NCBI GenBank assembly: GCA_039194325.1
Contig: JBCCWC010000008.1
Coordinates: 1-64,000 of the forward strand
Reading direction: 5' to 3'
Length of the DNA stretch: 64,000 bases
Origin: Myxococcota bacterium
GTDB taxonomy: Bacteria > Myxococcota_A > Polyangia > Nannocystales > Nannocystaceae
Below the pieces are notes generated by a model. It was not told the DNA's origin. It saw nothing but the letters and a program-made list of their open reading frames with translations, and did not search any database. A program made the translations under genes and the position numbers. Shown here piece by piece: positions 40,101-49,906 of the stretch. How positions within the stretch are numbered: position 1 is the first letter of the stretch; each line of letters opens with the position of its first letter.

Positions 40101-41294
40101 CTCGATCGGCGTCGCCAGCTCCGGCAACGATCCCGACGCGATCCCCACCAGCCCCAGCGTCACCCCGGCCTGAGGCAGATACGCCAGCCATGCCGAGCGC
40201 TGCACCGCCTCACTCTCGCCGCCGGCGGCCGCTCCAAGGCGGCCGGCCACGTAGAACGCCACCGCGCGGCTCAGGCACAGCGCCAGCGCAAAGGGCAAGA
40301 TCTGGAGGGTCGCGCTCAGGTTCACGCTAGCCCCTGCGTTGGTGAAGAACACCACGAACACCGGCAGCGCGACGATCTCCAGGGGATGCAGCAGCGTGTG
40401 CTCGTAGGGCGTGAAATTGCGGACGATGAAGCCGGCGACGATGAACGTCAGCAGCGGCTGCAGGTGCAGCGCGTCGCTCACCCGGGTGACCACCAGGATC
40501 ATCGCCGCCACAAACAGCAGCATCTCGGCCCCCACGAAGCGCATGTAAGCCACCAGCAGCAGCGCCAGCCCTAGCCCCAGCAGGACCTCCTCGCCCAGGT
40601 GCTTGCCCACCTCCAGCAACAACGCGGGCTCGAGACTCGCGCTGGGGCTGGTCAGGCTCAGGGCTACCGCCATCGCCACCGCCAGGCACACCACCACCAC
40701 CGCGTCCTTGAGCACCGCCAGCCCCAGCGTCAGATCGCTGAGCTTGCCCTTGGCCCCCGTCTCGCTCAGGACCGCCAGCGCGATCGCCGGCGAGGTCCCC
40801 ACCGCGAGCGCGGAGAAGATGATGGCCAGCCCCAACGTCGCGTCCAGCGACGGCAGCGGCAGCGGAGCCCACACGCTCTGTAGCAACACGAACGTCCCCC
40901 CGACCAGCAGGGGCAAGAGCGCCACCTTGAGGGCCACCGTCGCGGTCAGGCCCTTCCACATGCGGACGATCGCCTTGCCGTCGAGCTCGAGGCCCGCGCT
41001 GGTGGCGATGAGCCCCAGGGCCAGATCGTTGAACATGCGCATCTCGCCGACCACCCGCTCGCTCAGGATGTTGCCCAGCGAGGGTCCGAGCGCGATGCCG
41101 GCCAGGATGAAGCCGGTGACCTTGGGCAGCGTGAGGCTGGCCCCCAGCTCGGCAAAGGTGAACGCCGCCAGCACCACGAAGCCGATCGCCGCCAGGGTCA
41201 GCGGCGTGCTCGTGCCCGCCCGGAGGGTCTCGAGGCCGAGCATCACGGCCAAGAGCACCGCGATCACGAACAGCTGGTTGAGGGCCCGTTTCAC
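37110..41294 (-). CDS. Cation:proton antiporter domain fused to a long helical region, a P-loop ATPase-like domain and a C-terminal wHTH
   Basis: About 13 TM segments with GTSPAIA...KD and LPQAGVTLGL; later GEHGTGRTS, IVVDDLE, SGGNLRAAL and an HTH-like end. Confidence 0.8.
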   Translation of the reverse strand: MKRALNQLFVIAVLLAVMLGLETLRAGTSTPLTLAAIGFVVLAAFTFAELGASLTLPKVTGFILAGIALGPSLGNILSERVVGEMRMFNDLALGLIATSAGLELDGKAIVRMWKGLTATVALKVALLPLLVGGTFVLLQSVWAPLPLPSLDATLGLAIIFSALAVGTSPAIALAVLSETGAKGKLSDLTLGLAVLKDAVVVVCLAVAMAVALSLTSPSASLEPALLLEVGKHLGEEVLLGLGLALLLVAYMRFVGAEMLLFVAAMILVVTRVSDALHLQPLLTFIVAGFIVRNFTPYEHTLLHPLEIVALPVFVVFFTNAGASVNLSATLQILPFALALCLSRAVAFYVAGRLGAAAGGESEAVQRSAWLAYLPQAGVTLGLVGIASGSLPELATPIENTGMAVVAINLLVGPITLRLALRRTGELPDSEQVPAKGAAGADAGTEPDPRPSTGEPALDQRLDDLERALQGHLDVFVGEALEAWARAQAEALVEALPEGDEQPLSLSALRRWAEASPEPDASERAARTAQLFEVLRAEMRALPVEYYASLPEHLIRGQRGDGPRLRARKLVARGVRVVARGERRRRVPLRMAARTAVEPVLAPALQEALGGWLRTEATLYADLRQLVEGNRSVTEVRAAAAGLLQQWIPRWREVVEQALREGMVQLATWAAEAGTVKLPDRRLRFSRVEPSVTRSLAELARGGRHWTPKLAAARRTVRLTVEVEALERHIDAQVDRGFVAPLTAMLEVTVPEVERTRECLVAIREDLAKVEVLDATALEEAAAGCRRAFSQESHRTLKQRRAQLREAVVEAKLMEVLRTTVRDLPDDVAALGGTTPLQFAGSPLETEIIHVPLRRICEECLLVDFSSQLGESVRQAHALVNEINSQLREHVGVATFAIELARSGEEEQEDPRALVLDGVARALRRVDELLDKLVHARDGTPAQLSEGLARAFAAVRANAARARVEVAERRTVLVSAQRVLTREIDRLAAGLGRMRSRARALWQRLAASDLSAELQRRAGRARLDATGLRRQLYAEERSPGQTELPPMYGRLFSLEPLHDRRFFATARSELKQLLAAEQAAFEGQREGGVLVVGEHGTGRTSLLNVAQSEFRAPRVLRLGDEHDHRDGLLAALASELQCEPRTGEVRAHLADEHTAIVVDDLEAWCSPDLRGLRDLAAILDLVVGTRHVAFWAVSVSEDALALFDPAVAVRQAFGRVIGLGTLDADALARVVEARNRVSGMSIEYPHGRWARIQSRRRAAVSRRDYYRNLLRTSGGNLRAALRAWHRDVESLSDDAVMPTRRSHVLQRSRFLDQLHPHAVGLLLQVVRFGTVELDALARTLALTRAEVSRHVAFLRAAGILETRSGLQGGLRLAPIVQPTVCAALVEFGALTRRDG

Positions 41295-42769
41295 GACGAA
41301 CTCTCCTCGCTCGCACTAGCGGATGGATCGGGCGGGGACTCGTCCTGGCTTTCTTGCTCGTCCTGGCCCTCCTGGGTAACCGCTCCAACCGCGACCTCGG
41401 GCGGCGAACCGCCAGCGGCTCCCACGGCCCGATGCCCCTCAGCGGCCAGCGTGTCGTCGGCACCGTCCGGCGGGGCATGATGCACGCTCCCCGAGCTCCC
41501 CGCCGCTCGATCATCCTCGCCAACTTCATCCACGGGCACCGTGTAGAGCTCTCCGGCGTCAGCCAGTACCCGCCGCACGGCCCGATGGCTCCATAGGTCG
41601 CTCAGCACCAAGCCACCGAGCACCGCGGTGAGCACCACGCCCGCCCGCTGGGGAGCATGCACCGCATAGCTAAGCGCGATGGCGACCGCAAAGCCCCCCT
41701 GCCCCACCATCCCCAAGCCCAGCCGCGGCACCCGTGGTTGGTCGGGCCCGCGCTCGCCCTGCACCAGCCCCCCGGTCAACCAGCGAACCGCCAGTCGCAC
41801 CGTCGCATAGAGCGGAGGCAACAGCCACGCCAGCCCGCGCACCCCCACCCAGGCCGCCCCCGCAAAGACCCGCACCATCACCAGCGAAGGATGTCGTAGC
41901 CGAAGCACCGTGCGCTCTACGTGACGCGCGTACATCGGGCTGAGCGAGACGCACGCCCCCGCGATCAAGTTGACCACCAACGGCGTCACGTCCAGCGCGG
42001 TCCCGACTCCGCTGGCGAAGGTCACCACGCCGACCGCCGCGATGTAGATCCGCATGGACTCGCGCTCCGAGCCGATGAACTGGATGAACAGCAGACCGCA
42101 CAGGATCCCAAACCCCGCGATCCCCACCACCCACGCCCAGATCGGAATCTGCAGCTCGGCCGCCGACTCGGATGCCCGTGCCGACGCCATGACCCCCCCG
42201 AACACAGCCAGGGCCACCAGCTGGCTCACCAGCCCCTGCTCGGCGAGGGCCTCGTAGGCCGGGCCGCGAGCCCGCAGCACCCGCGCCGAGTCGGAGATCA
42301 GCACCGGCGACGAAACCGCGGCACAACACCCGATCGTACCCGCCAGCCGCAGGTTGTCGGACGAGGCCGCCACGCTGAGCAATCGATCTCCCAAGGGCAG
42401 CGTCCCGTAGGTCACCGTGTCGGTCCCCTCCCCGATCGCTTCGATGAGGATGAGGCAAGCCGCTCCGGTGACCACGATCACCAGCAGCGCGGAGATCGTC
42501 CCGCGGATCACGGTGCGCGGCTGCGTGAGGATCTCCCGCGCTTGCAGCCCCTTGACGAACCCCAGCAGCCCCAATTGCAGCGCGATCAAGGGCGCGAAGG
42601 CCTTCAGCGCACCGGCGTCGAGGACCGTGAAGATCGGCCCCAGCAAGATCCCCAGCAAGATGTACTCGACGCCAGAGACCACGAAATAGCGCGCGACATA
42701 GCGCGCGAGCACCCGGCTGATCGCAAAGGCGAACACGACCAGCCCGACCAGGAGGATGGTGGTGTTCAT
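41291..42769 (-). CDS. Cation:proton antiporter family protein
   Basis: Polytopic membrane protein with GILLGP, AVSSP and GQGGFAVAIA; paralog-like to the adjacent antiporter domain. Confidence 0.75.
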   Translation of the reverse strand: MNTTILLVGLVVFAFAISRVLARYVARYFVVSGVEYILLGILLGPIFTVLDAGALKAFAPLIALQLGLLGFVKGLQAREILTQPRTVIRGTISALLVIVVTGAACLILIEAIGEGTDTVTYGTLPLGDRLLSVAASSDNLRLAGTIGCCAAVSSPVLISDSARVLRARGPAYEALAEQGLVSQLVALAVFGGVMASARASESAAELQIPIWAWVVGIAGFGILCGLLFIQFIGSERESMRIYIAAVGVVTFASGVGTALDVTPLVVNLIAGACVSLSPMYARHVERTVLRLRHPSLVMVRVFAGAAWVGVRGLAWLLPPLYATVRLAVRWLTGGLVQGERGPDQPRVPRLGLGMVGQGGFAVAIALSYAVHAPQRAGVVLTAVLGGLVLSDLWSHRAVRRVLADAGELYTVPVDEVGEDDRAAGSSGSVHHAPPDGADDTLAAEGHRAVGAAGGSPPEVAVGAVTQEGQDEQESQDESPPDPSASASEESSS

Positions 42770-42856
42770 CGAAGGATGGAGGCAGCCCTGGGCATGCGCC
42801 TGCTAGATCCATACCGCAGATCTCACCGCCGCCGCTCACCGCTAGCGGCCCTGACC

Positions 42857-42889
42857 AAACAAAAGGGCCCGGAGCGATGCTCCGGGCCC
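42857..42889 (-). terminator. Rho-independent terminator of the sigma-70 gene
   Basis: GGGCCCGGAGC-ATC-GCTCCGGGCCC followed by TTTTGTTT on the minus strand, about 40 nt after the stop. Confidence 0.85.
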
Positions 42890-42926
42890 CCTGAGCGCCC
42901 GACCGTGCCGGCGCCCGACCTCGACG

Positions 42927-44300
42927 CTATGCGGCTTCTCTCATCCGGCGACGCATGTGCTCGAGCGCCAGCACCTGCAGCTGGCGAATGCGCTCGCGAG
43001 ACAGGGAGTACTGCTCTCCGATCTCGGCCAGCGTGCGCGGCTCCTGACCGTCGAGACCGAAGCGCTGCCGCAAGATGTCGCGCTCCATCGGCGCGAGCTC
43101 GAGCAGGGCGGCTCGCATCTGTTCCTCGGCTCGCTGCATGTCCAGCCGCTCGCCCGGTGACTGCTCCTCGGGCACCGACAAGAGGTCGGCCACCGACCGC
43201 GGGTCGTCGACCGACACCCGCGCGTCGAGGCTGATGGGCTGGTTGGCCAGCGCTCGGGTGGCCGCGACGACCTTCTCGACGCTGGTGCCCACCGCCTCGG
43301 CCAGCTCGGCGTCGAGCGGGTTGCGACCCAGCTGCCCTCGCAGCCGCCGTCGCGTCTTGGCGAGCTTCTGCGCCAGCGTGTGTAGGTGCTGCGGGACTCG
43401 AACGGTACGCCCCCGGTTGACCATGGCCCGCCGCATGGTGTGCCGGATCCACCAGCTGGCGTAGGTCGAGAACCGAAAGCCCCGGGCGGGCTCGAAGCGA
43501 TCGACCGCCTTGAGCAGGCCGATGTTGCCCTCCTGGATCAGATCGGTGAGCGACAGCCCCGTACCACGCAGGCGATTGGCCATGCGAACGACCAGCCGCA
43601 GGTTGGCCCGAGCGAACTGATTACGAGCCATCCGGAGCGCCACCGCCGAGCTGCGAACACCCGCCAGGTACTGCGCATAGGGACGACTGCCTCGTCGCGG
43701 TGGATGCACCGCCAACCGAACACCCTGACGCGAGCCCTGCGACAGCTGCTCGAGATCGGCTGCCACCTGGTCGGCGAGCAAGCACTCCTGATCGCGAGCG
43801 GCGAGCTTGGCCGCTAGCTCCCGCACCGCCTGGTCCAACGCATCACGGGTTCCCTTACGGTCTCGCTCTCGCACCGCGACCGCCGCCGCGGACGCGACCG
43901 TCGCCGCATCGGCGAGCTCTGGGTCGGTTCCATTCGCCGCGGTTCCATTCGCCGCGGTTCCATTCGCCGCAGTTCCATTCGCCGCGGTTCCATTCGCCGC
44001 GGTTCCATTCGCCGTGAGCTCGTCCCGAACGACCGCGGCGATCGCCTCGACGTACGGCGGGTACGCCATCAGCTGACGCCAGTACGCATCACGCAGTTGA
44101 ACGATCTGTTCCGCCCGCTGGCGCTCTTCGGCGGGCGTCATCAGGGGATGTCGCGAGACATCCCGCATGTAGGCACCAAGCGACAACTCGCCGCCTGGCC
44201 CCTCGGCGATACCGCTCGCCTTCGACCGACGACCCGCGGTGGAAACCGGCGAGAGGTCGGTGCGGGTGCGATGTTGGTCGGTGGTCTTGGACGCGGACAT
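42927..44300 (-). CDS. RpoD/SigA-family alternative sigma-70 factor (no region 1.1)
   Basis: YMRDVSRHPLMT, ANLRLVV, DLIQEGNIGLLKAVDRF, RFSTYASWWIR, LSRERIRQL. AGGAGG RBS before the ATG at 44300. Confidence 0.93.
   Translation of the reverse strand: MSASKTTDQHRTRTDLSPVSTAGRRSKASGIAEGPGGELSLGAYMRDVSRHPLMTPAEERQRAEQIVQLRDAYWRQLMAYPPYVEAIAAVVRDELTANGTAANGTAANGTAANGTAANGTAANGTDPELADAATVASAAAVAVRERDRKGTRDALDQAVRELAAKLAARDQECLLADQVAADLEQLSQGSRQGVRLAVHPPRRGSRPYAQYLAGVRSSAVALRMARNQFARANLRLVVRMANRLRGTGLSLTDLIQEGNIGLLKAVDRFEPARGFRFSTYASWWIRHTMRRAMVNRGRTVRVPQHLHTLAQKLAKTRRRLRGQLGRNPLDAELAEAVGTSVEKVVAATRALANQPISLDARVSVDDPRSVADLLSVPEEQSPGERLDMQRAEEQMRAALLELAPMERDILRQRFGLDGQEPRTLAEIGEQYSLSRERIRQLQVLALEHMRRRMREAA
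43926..44014. repeat. 15-bp coding tandem repeat, 6 copies (AANGT)
   Basis: GGTTCCATTCGCCGC repeated inside the non-conserved region of the sigma factor. Confidence 0.95.
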
Positions 44301-44531
44301 GGCTTGCCTCCTAGTCATCAGGGACCTCCGTCCTTGCTCGGACATTTCTCGGTCGCCGTTAACCGCGCGTAAACAACGCGTGGTCGCTCGAGGGAACGAA
44401 TGAGCCTTCGTACCCAGGAGTACGAAACGAGACCCCCCTTCGGTTTCCTCGGAAGCAGCTCGCATCGACCAAAAGCGATGCGCGATCACGGGTCGAACGG
44501 GTAGAAGGGGGGTCGCAGTTCCGGTGAAACT

Positions 44532-44559
44532 AGTGTAGTCCCGGTAGGTTGCGAGGCAA
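44532..44559 (-). promoter_or_regulatory. Candidate sigma70-type promoter of the sigma gene
   Basis: TTGCCT-N16-TACACT on the minus strand. Confidence 0.4.
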
Positions 44560-44737
44560 CCCCCACGAGGGAATTCACCGCCCCAATCGCCGTGCACGAC
44601 CCTCGACGAAGGGATGACGATAGTGGCGGATCCCCACGGCGCAGCCGTCGCGCGCGCCGGTACGGACGACCCCGACGGGTAACCCCTGGTCTGAGTCGCA
44701 TGTCGACGATGTCAACCCGCGATCACGAAATTCGTCG

Positions 44738-45646
44738 TTATTGGATCGATTCCCGGATCGGCTCTAGCGGCTCCGGGGTCGATTCCTCGATCGGTCGGGT
44801 GTCGTGGAACCGCACGTAGTTGATCCGTAGCCGCCCGTCCTCGGTGTAGTCCACGATGTCGACGAAGCGATGTCCCCATTTGATGTCCTTGGCCTCGTAG
44901 ATGTGCCGTGCATGCACCGTCTGCGAGAAGGTGCCATCGATCCCGGTCATCGACACGATGAAGCGTACGTGATCTTCGGTCAACGATGGGGGACTGCGGC
45001 CGTAAAGCGGACTGTCTTCGTCGATCTCGTGGATGACCGTCCACGTCATCGCGAACATCGGAGTCGTGGAGCGCAACAGCGGAAGATCGACCAGCCTCCG
45101 CATTGTCTCGCCCTCGGCGGTCACCTCCGGGACCAGGGTCGCGACCCGCAGCGAGGCCTCGATGAGCTCGTTGCCCCGTGCGTTGCCCACTCGAAAGACG
45201 AGCGCGGGCTTACCATTGCGCGGGCTGATGAGCATGTTGTCGGTGAACAGCACCTTGGCCCGAGGCCGCGAGAACTTGGCGAACACCAGGCCGGTGGCGA
45301 GCGCGGTGCCCAGCAAGCCCAGCATGGCCTCGAAGGTGACCAGGGTGTGCACCGCCCCACTGGTGGGGGCCAGCGTTCCATAGCCGATCGTGGAGATCGT
45401 CTGCACGCTGAACGCAAAGGCATCGCCAAAGCTCCCCGCCTCCGCGTCGCTGATCCCCCGAAACTGCATCATGTACAGGCAGGCGAAGCCGAGGTTGGCC
45501 AGCAGGTAGCACCCCCCGAACAACCCGATGAGCAGCCACCACGAGCCACGCATGAGGTGGTAGTAGAGATCGGTCCATAGACTCAAGCGCAGACCGATGC
45601 GGATCGCGTTCTGCGGATCCGACGGAAGGCGAGCCGGGGGGGCCAT
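44738..45646 (-). CDS. Inward-rectifier K+ channel (KirBac)
   Basis: DLYY..W, FSVQTISTIGYG, GLVFAKFSRP, FRVGNARGN, HEIDEDSPL, GHRFVD. Confidence 0.95.
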   Translation of the reverse strand: MAPPARLPSDPQNAIRIGLRLSLWTDLYYHLMRGSWWLLIGLFGGCYLLANLGFACLYMMQFRGISDAEAGSFGDAFAFSVQTISTIGYGTLAPTSGAVHTLVTFEAMLGLLGTALATGLVFAKFSRPRAKVLFTDNMLISPRNGKPALVFRVGNARGNELIEASLRVATLVPEVTAEGETMRRLVDLPLLRSTTPMFAMTWTVIHEIDEDSPLYGRSPPSLTEDHVRFIVSMTGIDGTFSQTVHARHIYEAKDIKWGHRFVDIVDYTEDGRLRINYVRFHDTRPIEESTPEPLEPIRESIQ

Positions 45647-45744
45647 GACCGCAGCTTTGCCCCAAGGCCCCGGCATTCACCAAAAAAATCGACCAATGGG
45701 ATCCCGTGGAGCTTTGTCGGCGGTCCTGCTAGCGTCGCCGCCCC

Positions 45745-46908
<1,164 letters not shown>

Positions 46909-47139
46909 ACGATCGCTCGTCGGCGAGCGGCTCACGCGGACTCGTCGCCGAGGGACCGGGCAGCGCCAGGTGCGCGGGTTCTCTCGGGCGCTCGACCATT
47001 CCCGCGACCATGCCCGCGACCATGGCACACCGGCGACATCGTGCGCCCAACTCTGCGCCACAATGGGAAATTCGTGGACCCGCCCTCTGATGCTCCCGAT
47101 CATGGTCGAGGTTCAGGGGACCAAGACGGGGCCGCGACG

Positions 47140-48981
47140 ATGCACCAACGGATGAACAAAGCGGAAAGATCCCACGCGGGGCGTCACGTACAGCCTCGAG
47201 CATGGCCTCGAGCATGTACGTTCGCGATCGTGCTGGCCTCGACCGGGTGCGCCGACGACGGCGGATCGGCGACGGGGACCACCAGCACGACCACCGGACC
47301 GACCGGATCGTCGGCCGATGGCACCGGCAAGCCCGCACCTCCGCCCGTGCCCACCCTCGTGTCGCCGGCCAACGGAGCGCTCGACGTCTCGGTCGAGACG
47401 GAGCTGTGCTGGGGGCCGGTGATCGATCCCAATGGTGATCCGGTACGGTATCGGATCTTCGTCGACGACAACGAGCTGACCGAGGGCAAGCTCGACCAAG
47501 AAGGTCACGCCGGGCCGTGCATCGGGCCGCTGAACTTCAACTACGATCAGCAGTACCTGTGGCAGGTCCAGGCCTTCGATCCCGACGATCCCACCAGTGA
47601 GTCCGAGCGTAGCGAGCCGTGGTCGTTCCGCACCGAGACGGACGGGCTGTCGGTGAGCGTGTTCGAGGATCCCTTCGACGAAGACCTGGGCTGGGAGCCA
47701 GGCGGCGATGCGCTGAGCGGAGCGTGGATGCGGGGCAACCCGGCCCCGACCACGTGGCTGGGCATGGTCGCGCAGCCCGACGACTGCGCCGGCGGGCAAT
47801 CGTGTGTATTCACCGGTCAGAACGTGCAGGGTGATCCCCAGAACGCAGACGTCCACGGGGGCACCACCACCCTCACCTCCCCCGCGTTCGATCTCAGCCC
47901 CTACGAGGCCGCCACGGTCACCCTGAGCCGCTTCGTGTTCAAGTCGGAGTATCCACAGACGGGCACCCTGTTCCGCGTGGAGCTGCTGGTTCCCGACGAC
48001 GAGCAGCCCGAGGGATTTGAGGTGTTCGTACTCGAGCAGATCGAGCTGCTCTCCGACTCGGTCGAGCCCGTCAACTCGTGGACCCCGCGAGAGTATGCGG
48101 CGTGCAACGTGCCCATGGCCGACGGCTCACGCCTGCGGCTGGTGGCCACCGACCTGGGCGAGGGCGTAATGGAGGCCGCGGTGGACTCGGTGGAGGTTCA
48201 CGGCCAGCTCTCCGGCAGCATGTGCGAAGGCGGGCTGGGCGCAGTGTGTGATCCCAGCGTGGACGACCCCTGCGCGAACGACCTGCTGTGCTGCGCCCAG
48301 GGAGTGGTCAACAAGGGCGTCTACCGGTGCTCGGCGCCGGTCCCCTCGATCGCCTATCCCGATCCGGGAGGGCCGATCGGGACCATGAACGGCCCGATGG
48401 GCTGCGATGCGCCCGATCTGTTCGTCGAGCCGGAGGGCATGGATCCCTACGAAGAAGAGCGGTTCTTCAGCGAGGGAGATTGCGAGATCTACGAGGGCTG
48501 CGTGCCCGAGCCCGGATTTCGTCGGTTGCTGCGCTTCGACACTCGTACCCCCAACGCAGGCTCGCAAGACCTGGTGATGGGCGTACCGAGCAACCACCCC
48601 GATCTCTTTCACTACAGCGAGTGCCACGATCACTATCACTTCGACGGCTACGCCTACTACGATCTGCTAGATCTCAACGGGACGGTGGTCGCGACCGGCC
48701 ACAAACAGGCGTTCTGCCTGCTCGACTGGACGCCGTGGGCATGGAGCGATTTCGGAGGGGACTACACCTGCTCCAACCAGGGGATCAGCCTGGGCTGGGA
48801 AGATGTCTACGGCAGCTATCTCGACTGTCAGTATGTCGACATCACCGACGTCCCCCCCGGCGACTACCTGCTGCGCGTCGCGGTCAACCTGCCACTTCCC
48901 GGTACCACAGTCGCACCGCTCGTCGAGCGCAATTACGACAACAACGTGCTCGAGGTGCCGGTGACCATCACCGGCATGTGA
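47140..48981 (+). CDS. Lysyl oxidase family lipoprotein (FN3-like and jelly-roll domains plus LOX catalytic domain)
   Basis: ASTG-C lipobox; RRLLRF, CHDHYHF (Cu ligands), GHKQAFCL (LTQ Lys), QGIS.GWEDVY (LTQ Tyr), CQYVDITDVPPGDY, YDNN. Confidence 0.9.
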   Translation: MHQRMNKAERSHAGRHVQPRAWPRACTFAIVLASTGCADDGGSATGTTSTTTGPTGSSADGTGKPAPPPVPTLVSPANGALDVSVETELCWGPVIDPNGDPVRYRIFVDDNELTEGKLDQEGHAGPCIGPLNFNYDQQYLWQVQAFDPDDPTSESERSEPWSFRTETDGLSVSVFEDPFDEDLGWEPGGDALSGAWMRGNPAPTTWLGMVAQPDDCAGGQSCVFTGQNVQGDPQNADVHGGTTTLTSPAFDLSPYEAATVTLSRFVFKSEYPQTGTLFRVELLVPDDEQPEGFEVFVLEQIELLSDSVEPVNSWTPREYAACNVPMADGSRLRLVATDLGEGVMEAAVDSVEVHGQLSGSMCEGGLGAVCDPSVDDPCANDLLCCAQGVVNKGVYRCSAPVPSIAYPDPGGPIGTMNGPMGCDAPDLFVEPEGMDPYEEERFFSEGDCEIYEGCVPEPGFRRLLRFDTRTPNAGSQDLVMGVPSNHPDLFHYSECHDHYHFDGYAYYDLLDLNGTVVATGHKQAFCLLDWTPWAWSDFGGDYTCSNQGISLGWEDVYGSYLDCQYVDITDVPPGDYLLRVAVNLPLPGTTVAPLVERNYDNNVLEVPVTITGM

Positions 48982-49127
48982 CCCACTCGCCTACTGCCCC
49001 GCCTACTGCCCCGCCTACTGCCCCGCCCACCACCAGTCGCATCGGCAGGCTCGAAAACGCCCGACTCTCGGCGTCACCGCCAAGATCATAGCCCGGCTCA
49101 CCAGCCATTCGGGCTATCGTCGTCGTG

Positions 49128-49868
49128 ATGCGGATTATCGTTCTGTTGCCCGGGCTGAGCTTGCTATGGGCATGCACTCCATCCCCGACCGAGATCACCA
49201 CCGATTCCTCACCCACCGGGTCGTCCACGGCCGGCACGATGACGTCAGCCGACTCCACGGCCGGGGCTACGATGGCGACCACCGGACCGGTGTGTCCCCC
49301 GGTGCCGCCGGATGGCGGGACCTATGAGTCGTGTCCGGGGCTGTGCGGCGGGGGAGGTCAGTGCCTGTACGAGGTGGGGGAATACGCGGTCTGCACCCGC
49401 GGCTGCTTCATGGATTGCGACTGCTGGGCGACTCCTGGGGGGGATGCGCCGGCGCGCTGCAATAACACGTTGCTGGAGAACACCAGCCTGTGCGTGCTCG
49501 ACTGCTCGAGTGGTCAAAGCTGTCCCGGGGACATGTTCTGTGTGACCGATCTAGGCATCTGTGCGCACGAGTACCCGCAGAGCGCCGAGTCCACCGATGG
49601 GAGCAGCTCGGGCAGTAGCTCGGGCAGCAGCTCGGGCAGTAGCTCGGGCGACAGCGGCACGACCGACACGGGCAGCGACAGCGGCACGACCGACACGGGC
49701 ACGAGCACCGGAACGGGCACCACCGATACGGGCACCGGCTCCACCGGTGATATGTCGTCCAGCGGCTCCACCGGCGGGTCGTCCAGCGGCTCCACCGGTG
49801 ATATGTCGTCCAGCGGCGACATGGGATCCAGTAGCTCGACCGGCGGAGGTTCGTCGTCGTCGACGTGA
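49128..49868 (+). CDS. Cys-rich lipoprotein with Ser/Gly/Thr-rich tail
   Basis: LWA-C lipobox, a Cys-rich core, and SSSG/GTTDT repeats. Confidence 0.8.
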   Translation: MRIIVLLPGLSLLWACTPSPTEITTDSSPTGSSTAGTMTSADSTAGATMATTGPVCPPVPPDGGTYESCPGLCGGGGQCLYEVGEYAVCTRGCFMDCDCWATPGGDAPARCNNTLLENTSLCVLDCSSGQSCPGDMFCVTDLGICAHEYPQSAESTDGSSSGSSSGSSSGSSSGDSGTTDTGSDSGTTDTGTSTGTGTTDTGTGSTGDMSSSGSTGGSSSGSTGDMSSSGDMGSSSSTGGGSSSST

Positions 49869-49906
49869 CGCTTGCGCGCTGAGCAACGACGCGCCAGCCT
49901 CCCACC

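Noticed and set aside
24483..45646. Bestrophin and Kir channel as eukaryote-derived genes forming a calcium island with calpain and NOX
   Set aside because: Both match well-known bacterial subfamilies (YneE-like, KirBac), and the genes are scattered among housekeeping loci.
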